Below are positions 1 through 5,012 of a stretch of DNA of 5,012 nt, piece by piece. The position numbers were made by a program, and so were the translations under genes. The notes under the pieces were generated by a model. That model did not search any database and had not been told where the DNA came from. It saw only the letters and a list, made by a program, of their open reading frames with translations. Source of the stretch: Fonticula alba ATCC 38817 (taxonomy: Eukaryota > Protista > Nucleariida); NCBI GenBank assembly GCA_000388065.2, contig KB932201.1. One strand, 5' to 3'. The first letter of the stretch is position 1. Every line of letters starts with the position of its first letter.

Positions 1-149
1 GGGGGGGGGGGGACACACGACGCCCGGCGGAAAGACCGCGGACAATGCCGCGGGCATAGCCGCACAGGCCACACCCACGCGCGGGGGTCCACACCTGACT
101 ACAGGACGGGGTCCCGGCCGGGGGTTCAAGACATCAACCAAGACTGGCA

Positions 150-248
150 ATGGAGCCATTTGGCAATGGCGCGCCCGGGTGGGCCCGGGCGGCTGGCGCG
201 TCTTCCCCGGTGTCGTTCGCTCCGCGCCTCCCGACCTTCGGGGTAAGA
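150..248 (+). CDS. Candidate short first coding exon (150-242, 31 codons, MEPFGNG...PTFG) followed by a phase-0 splice donor GGG|GTAAGA
   Basis: ATG in strong Kozak context (GCAATGG); donor-like GTAAGA at 243-248 falls exactly on a codon boundary. No homology evidence. Confidence 0.2.
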
Positions 249-537
249 CGGCCCCATCTGCGCGCGAGTTTTCGCACACGTACACACCCAAGATGCCCGG
301 GCGCCGAGGGCAGGCGGCACGGGCGCGCCCAGGACACGACCGACGAAAAGCCCAAGAACTCCACGGCCAGGCCAATAGCCCGGCGGGGGGGGGGGGTGCA
401 AGCCGCGGAGCAGGGCGACCCGGAAATGGACGACCCAGGAAGCCTCGCGAAAAGTGGCACACCACACACCGAGCTCAGAGGCCCGAGGCCCCCCTGCAGG
501 GCCGATGCGCGGAGGGCTTGGCTCACGCCACAAGCTG

Positions 538-560
538 GCGCGCGCGCGCACGCACGCACG
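538..560. repeat. Alternating purine-pyrimidine tract (GC)6-ACGC-ACGC-ACG, Z-DNA prone
   Basis: GCGCGCGCGCGCACGCACGCACG, 23 nt of uninterrupted alternation. Confidence 0.85.
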
Positions 561-1016
561 AGCGAGACGCAGAGTCGGAGCAAGAGACGCGAAGGGAACA
601 GGGCGTGAGGGGGAATAAGACACATGCCCCCCCGCCCCCCCTCCGGGGAGGCGCCCTGCCGACCGGGGGGGGGGAGGCGTGAACAAAAGAAGACCACCGA
701 GGGAAGGCTGGCCGGTCAAAGCCCGCCCAGTGTCAGTCCGTGGCACAGGCGACCCCCCCCCCCCGAGGAGAGCACTCATCCCTGGCACCGCGAGCATCGG
801 CCGGCCGGTACCCGAGAACGGGGGCCCTTCGTGCCCCCCCCCTCCCCGCCCCTCTCTGGACGCGGCGGCGCTTGGTGCGGGCCCCGGCCCGGCCGCCAGC
901 GCGCTTGCCCTTCAGCCAGCTGGGGCCTTCGCCCGGGGCAAAGCGCCGCCGGTGGTGTGCAGGAGCGATGGCGCGCGATAATCCCCGAAATCGGCCCCGC
1001 CGGCGAGCGGCTTACA

Positions 1017-1023
1017 TGAGTCA
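1017..1023. promoter_or_regulatory. AP-1/TRE consensus site
   Basis: Exact TGAGTCA in a locally AT-rich patch (CTTACATGAGTCAAAAAATGAC). Confidence 0.5.
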
Positions 1024-1184
1024 AAAAATGACACACCCCCGCCAGCCGGCGACACTCGACTCCGAGCGGGGACGGCCCACGCACCAGGGCGGCTCACCTG
1101 CATCATGAGGGGCCGCCTGCGAATGCACCCAGGTGCGTGGCGGCCAGCGCCCACAAGACCCGGGGCCCTCCTCCGGCCGGGCCG

Positions 1185-1193
1185 CAAGATGGC
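1185..1193 (+). promoter_or_regulatory. YY1-type site
   Basis: CAAGATGGC matches the core of the YY1 consensus CAAGATGGCGGC. Confidence 0.4.
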
Positions 1194-1311
1194 CTGATGA
1201 GTCTGGGCCAGGTCGGCAGGCCCGAACGAGGACGCGCGAGCAGGCCCGGGGAAGCCCCGAGTCTCGCCCTTCCCCTTCCCCCCCTTGCCCCCGGCCCGCC
1301 CCCCTGGGAAC

Positions 1312-1320
1312 GGCCAATCA
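1312..1320 (+). promoter_or_regulatory. NF-Y CCAAT box
   Basis: GGCCAATCA fits RRCCAATCA; further GGCCAAT copies at 370 (+), 1437 (-), 1558 (-) and 3806 (+). Confidence 0.5.
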
Positions 1321-1331
1321 CTCCTCCAGCC

Positions 1332-1370
1332 GGGGGGAGGGGCCGGGGCGGAGCGGGGGGGGGGGGGGGG
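1332..1370 (+). other. G-quadruplex-prone G-rich tract ending in G16
   Basis: G6-A-G4-CC-G4-CGGAGC-G16; a second G4/G3/G12 cluster lies at 1473-1493. Confidence 0.75.
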
Positions 1371-1510
1371 TTAGCCCGCATTCCTCCCCCCGGCCGGGTG
1401 CAGGGACACACCGAAAGCTACCACCAACCTCCGACCATTGGCCACCCCGGCCCCCGGCGGAGCGCCAGCCGCGGGGAGGGCGGGGGGGGGGGGCGGATGG
1501 CAGCAAGCTC

Positions 1511-1600
1511 TAATGAAAAGGGCCAGAATATATGCGCCTCAATATAGGTGCGGGTCTATTGGCCATGAATGTGTAAGTATCTGCATGTGTGTGTGGGAGT
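1511..1600. promoter_or_regulatory. AT-rich core-promoter-like island
   Basis: TAATGAAAA 1511-1519, AATATA at 1527 and 1541, ATTGG (reverse CCAAT) at 1558, GCCATG at 1562-1567, donor GTAAGT at 1573; clearly lower GC than the flanks. Confidence 0.5.
1573..1578 (+). other. Candidate 5' splice donor TGT|GTAAGT
   Basis: Perfect intronic consensus GTAAGT; exonic side (TGT) is non-consensus. Confidence 0.35.
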
Positions 1601-1878
1601 GTAGCGGGACCACCGCCAGAGTGCCGGGGCACAGGAGTCCCCCCGGTCACCGGGAGGGGAGGCGGACACCGGCTGCTTCGGCATACCGATGCATGTCTGG
1701 AAGGGCGCGCCCTTCGCGCCGCCCGGCCGATCGCCCCCCCCCCCCGCGCGCGCGCCGGGGCTGGGTTCCTCGCCCGGGGTGACGTGCTCTCAACAATCCC
1801 CCAGCCGCCGGTAGCCAAGGGTCGCCAGCGCGCCTCCTGGGGTCGGAGGGCGGGCGGCCTCGCTGGGGTCCGACTCCG

Positions 1879-1920
<42 letters not shown>
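1879..1920 (+). repeat. Pure (GGC)14 trinucleotide repeat
   Basis: 42 nt uninterrupted, read directly. Confidence 0.97.
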
Positions 1921-2515
1921 CCTACGAGGCATCGGACGCCGTGCGGCCGGCAACCCGGCCTTTTTGACGCGTCCTCCGCTGCCCCTCCGGCGTCGGGAGC
2001 GCCTGGGCCGTAGAAAGGGCTAGATCCGCTTGTTGGGAGGGCCCGGCCGCGGCCCGTCTCCCACCCCCGGGCCCCCCCCCCCCCGGGCCACGGGCCATTG
2101 GCTTGGCCTTTCCCCACTTCGGCCGCGGGCCTCGCGCGTGTTTCCCCCCGGGCCGCATGCCCTGCCGCACCACTCGGGGCCTCTCTGTCATCCTTGCCCC
2201 GGCCGACGTCCAGCGCCCAGCGCTTGTCCACCGGGGCCCGTAGTATCCCGACACAACCCGGCGCACCGGCGACCGAGCCCTACTGGCCGTTGACAAGCAC
2301 CACTTGTCCTACCCACTTCTAAGCACCCCCCCCATGCCCGCACCCCCGCCAGCGCATGCAGTAAGGGGATGGCCTGGCTGGCGGCCGGTCCGTCATGTCC
2401 CCCGGGCCTCTCGGCGGGCCCAGTGGGCACCGTCGTCGCAGCCCCTCGCCGAATGAGCGCCTCCCTCCCCCGGTCCCCCCCCGGCGGTGCGGGGCAAAAC
2501 TCCTCCATAGCAACG

Positions 2516-2534
2516 CCCCCCCCCCCCCCCCCCC
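2516..2534 (+). repeat. C19 homopolymer
   Basis: Direct read. Confidence 0.95.
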
Positions 2535-2545
2535 GAATGTTTGCC

Positions 2546-2565
2546 CGCGCGCGCGCGCGCGCGCG
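2546..2565. repeat. (CG)10 dinucleotide repeat, Z-DNA or cruciform prone
   Basis: 20-nt perfect self-complementary CG alternation; purine-pyrimidine alternation continues to 2568. Confidence 0.95.
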
Positions 2566-2640
2566 TGCCCTGGCCAGTTGAGGGCACCAAAAGGAGCCGG
2601 TCGACCAGCGCGGGCCAGGAGAGTGTGCATATCGAGGGGA

Positions 2641-2647
2641 CCCCCCC

Positions 2648-2673
<26 letters not shown>
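2641..2673 (+). repeat. C8-T-C24 polypyrimidine (Y-block-like) tract
   Basis: Longest homopolymer in the window (C24 at 2650-2673). Confidence 0.95.
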
Positions 2674-2678
<5 letters not shown>

Positions 2679-2684
2679 AGCCTC

Positions 2685-2716
2685 GAGGGGTGTGGAATAT
2701 CACCCCTCCGGAGGGG
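2685..2716. other. Overlapping inverted repeats: GAGGGGTG/CACCCCTC hairpin and a 14-bp palindrome CCCCTCCGGAGGGG
   Basis: 8-bp stem 2685-2692/2701-2708 with loop TGGAATAT; palindrome at 2703-2716. Confidence 0.85.
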
Positions 2717-2731
2717 CTCCGCGGTTCTCCC

Positions 2732-2737
2732 TTTATT
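2732..2737 (-). terminator. Possible minus-strand polyadenylation hexamer AATAAA
   Basis: The only AATAAA I found on either strand; no U/GU-rich downstream element, only a G-run. Confidence 0.2.
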
Positions 2738-3135
2738 CCCGGACAAGCCCCCCTTTCTCGGTCCTCCGGAACAGGCTCGCGGTCCGTCGCCAGCTCGCCT
2801 CGCCGGTTTCCCGTGCCAGCCGTTTGGGGTCCCCCGGTGCCGGTCTTCGATCGGCTGGGCATCCCCTCTTCCGCGCCGCCCCCCCTGCATAGGCCAGCCT
2901 TGCCACCTCGGGCCATGCGGCGCGCGGCATGCCAGCGGGCCCAGGGAAGGAGCAGGGCTGCGGCCACCCCCCGGAGGTGCCGCACCGCCTGCCAGCACAT
3001 GTACATGGCACAGGGAGGCCCGCCGTGCCCCGCCCCCCCTCGAGCTAGGGGTTCTGACAGATTAGGCCCCAGCCTGGGGGCAGGTGGACAAACAAACGCC
3101 CTGCCAGGGTGGCCGCCCCCAGACAGCCGACGTCG

Positions 3136-3168
3136 CCCCCGCCCCCCCCCCCCCCCCCCCCCCGCCCC
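3136..3168 (+). repeat. C5-G-C22-G-C4 tract (G4 on minus strand, i-motif on plus strand)
   Basis: C22 at 3142-3163. Confidence 0.9.
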
Positions 3169-3420
3169 TCGACCGGAGAGGGGGCAGCCCTCCCTCCCAC
3201 CTCGGTCATGTAGCGCAGAGCAGGGCAACATCGCCCCGGTCGGCTGCCAAGACACCGCCCGGGCCCCCCCCCCCGGTGGCCAGCAGGCACGCAGCCGCCG
3301 GTGCCCCTTAATGCCAATGGAGGCGCTTTTGGCCCTTTCCAGAGGCCTCCCTGCCCACACATTCTCCACCCCCCGGGGGAGGGGAGCAATCCTCCACGGA
3401 CGCTTGCACAACGGGCGGCC

Positions 3421-3500
3421 TTGTTTTTTTTCCCCCCCCCCCCCTCCCCTTGGTTCGGTCCTTCTCTCCTTTTCCTGACCGGGCTCTCCTCCCGGTCAGG
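3421..3500 (+). other. Strong candidate 3' splice acceptor
   Basis: About 75-nt pyrimidine-rich stretch with no AG; branch-point-like CTGAC at 3475-3479 (A3478, 21 nt upstream of the junction); CAG|G at 3497-3500. Confidence 0.5.
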
Positions 3501-4559
3501 GGAGAAGACGCCCGGCCGCGGGCGGCTCTGCAAAGGCCCGGGTTAATTTTCGGCTCCCCGGGCCGGAACGCGCGGCTGCCGCTCCCGGCGCCGACGGTCC
3601 ATTTCGTGTCACCCTTCTGGCGGCGGGCCAGGATCACGCCAACGGACAACACCATTTCAACACATCGATTAAACAGTCCTGCTGGCCCCGGTTCTGTTCT
3701 TTTCAATACGCCCCCGGCCGCCGGACTGGCGGTTCTATTCCCGCCAGCGGCGTGGGGCTGGGGCAGCAGCAGGCCTTTTCCCAGCAAGAGGTGCCTCCAT
3801 GTCCGGGCCAATCTGCCCAGCACAAGCCGCGGCCCGGGGGAGGGGGGGAGAAGGAGAAGGCACTCTCGGTTGGGCCTCCTTGCTTACTCTGTCGACAGCC
3901 GGCCGCGGTGGCGGCGGATTACGAGCAGTCCCCAGTCGGGGGGGCCGCTTCCCGGTTCCGGGGGCCCCCCTCCGGGCTGGGGAACCGGGAAGTGCGTTCC
4001 CATCCTCGGCCGAGATATTTTGATCCTGCGCTATGAGCTGAAGAGGCCGGGCCAACACCCTCCCAATGCGGTGCGCGGAGGGTGCTTGATCCCTTCGGGC
4101 GCCCGCGCGTTCGTCCACCCTCTTTTCCAGTCGGGGACATTTCCGCTCCTCCCCCCCCCCCCGGCGGGGAGGAGGACGAATAGGGCCTCTCAAAAGGAGC
4201 CCATCATTCCTGGGGACGTCTTTGGGACACGGCGGCGGTCGTGGAGGCCACGGGCCACGGCGGATTCCGCCCCCACCCCGGCCTGCTGCTTTGTTGTTAT
4301 TTTCTTCCGTCGAGAGAGGCCTTTCCCCGGAACTCCCGGAGAGCCAGCCGCCAAGGGGGCGGGCGGAGGGCGAGATAGCGGGCGCGCCCCGTCAGCCTCC
4401 TGTTTCCCCCCCCGGGGGGGGGGGGACGCGGTGCAGAGGGGGGCCGTCTCTCCCGAAGAGGGGAGAAGCGTTCGCGGGATTGTTTTTTTCGCCCATTTTC
4501 TCATGTGCCTGCGTGCGTTGGCCCGAGTAACGGCGGCTTGCTGTCTCCCGGGTCTTTGA
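3500..4559 (+). CDS. Hypothetical second exon: longest plus-strand open frame (352 codons from 3501), no ATG until near its end
   Basis: ORF track 3450..4559 starts only at a TTG; in frame with ATG1565 if 1572 is spliced to 3500. No recognisable domain, and it crosses slippery homopolymers. Confidence 0.2.
3668..3705 (+). terminator. Possible polyA signal ATTAAA with downstream GU/U-rich element
   Basis: ATTAAA at 3668-3673; GTTCTGTTCTTTTC starting about 18 nt downstream. Confidence 0.3.
4406..4425. repeat. C8G12 self-complementary homopolymer junction
   Basis: Direct read. Confidence 0.9.
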
Positions 4560-4787
4560 GGGCGGATCCCTCTCTGCCTGGGGCTGTCGGCGTCCGAGTG
4601 CGCCAGGGTTTTCAAGCCCTGGTGCCCTTCTCACGCCAGCCTGCTCTCGCTGGAGCCTCCTCATCGGAGGCTCTGCCCTGCTCTCCAACGCCCCGCCAGG
4701 CCATGACGACTTCCTTCGTGATTCTCTCGACACGGCTGGTACATGCGACCGGGTGCGGTCCTCTCCGCGATAATGGCGCGCGCCCCG

Positions 4788-4949
4788 GGCCGCCCCCCCC
4801 CCCCCCCCGCCAGGCTGGCCGGCAGGCACTCGCGGGACGACACCCCCATCGTCCGGTCGTTTCGGCCGACACCAGGCGCCTCGAGGCCCGGCTCCCAAGG
4901 CCTCATGGCCCCGGTCCCCCACCCCGGGGGGGGGGGGGGGGGGGCGGCC
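4788..4949. repeat. 21-bp perfect inverted repeat GGCCG-C16 / G16-CGGCC with 120-nt spacer
   Basis: Arms at 4788-4808 and 4929-4949 (the latter within G19 at 4926-4944). Confidence 0.75.
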
Positions 4950-5012
4950 TGGCGGCCGGGCCCGAAGCCAGGGGGGCTGCGCCCCGGCGGCCGTTGGAGC
5001 GCGATTCACCCG

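Larger units (their letters stand above)
1..5012. other. GC-rich, CpG-island-like, largely non-coding regulatory region (herpesvirus repeat/origin region or vertebrate CpG island)
   Basis: About 71% GC in two hand-counted 600-nt blocks; abundant CpG; many G/C homopolymers; no ORF with a recognisable domain; Pol II-type motifs. The source organism is inferred, not identified. Confidence 0.6.

Noticed and set aside
52-132. Pol III B-box-like GGTTCAAGAC (123-132) suggesting a tRNA-, EBER- or SINE-like gene
   Set aside because: The A-box candidate is poor, I see no cloverleaf, and the first T4 is about 140 nt downstream
270-276. TTCGCAC, core of the alphaherpesvirus UL9 origin-binding box
   Set aside because: Single copy, with no inverted partner or AT-rich spacer as in oriS/oriL
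548-566. GCAC/GAGC tetramers resembling the AAV Rep-binding element
   Set aside because: Not GCTC x4, and no terminal resolution site or T-shaped ITR
32-1159. AAGAC seven times in the first 1160 nt; also frequent GACAC and GCACAGG
   Set aside because: Short words in a locally A-rich segment; unlikely to survive multiple-testing correction
3680-3905. CWPRFC and CLLCRQP in the 3500 frame, reminiscent of the ICP0 RING finger
   Set aside because: No N-terminal CxxC, no conserved His or second Cys, and spacing of about 60 aa instead of about 13
4398-4430. C8G12 as a herpesvirus pac1 packaging motif
   Set aside because: The T-rich element is on the wrong side, and there is no second G-run or pac2 motif
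4848-4862. ATCGTC as an ICP4-binding site
   Set aside because: The 3' half does not fit ATCGTCnnnnYCGRC
126-5009. The many overlapping 60-407 aa ORFs on both strands, including 2188..3411 (-)
   Set aside because: They are Pro/Gly/Arg/Ala-rich, many start at non-ATG codons, they cross homopolymers and show no recognisable domain; this is expected from stop-codon scarcity at about 71% GC
1-5012. Identification as the HSV LAT promoter, FMR1/NOTCH2NLC, or rRNA coding sequence
   Set aside because: The diagnostic sequences I recall (LAT CRE-TTTATAAA, FMR1/NOTCH2NLC flanks, conserved 18S/5.8S/28S blocks) are absent; an rDNA spacer cannot be excluded without BLAST

Overview
About 71% GC (hand count of 1-600 and 4381-4980), CpG-rich, low-complexity DNA with no recognisable gene, RNA gene, mobile element or CRISPR array. 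Most six-frame ORFs look like GC-driven Pro/Gly/Arg/Ala shadow frames. The motifs are eukaryotic Pol II type (CCAAT, AP-1, YY1, splice sites, polyA hexamers). The best fit is a non-coding or regulatory region of a GC-rich herpesvirus (long-repeat/LAT-like or lytic-origin-like region) or a vertebrate CpG island; the sequence alone cannot decide between these. The window holds 17 G/C homopolymers of 10 nt or more, a pure (GGC)14, a (CG)10 Z-DNA tract and several hairpins. Two higher-order patterns stand out. (1) Strand polarity (A>T with G-runs, changing to T>A with C-runs) flips across an AT-rich promoter-like island at about 1510-1600. (2) A strong 3' splice site at 3499/3500 can be joined in frame to two different upstream ATG-plus-donor mini-exons; one junction would excise a 1927-nt intron. 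The splice and origin models are inferences and are untested.
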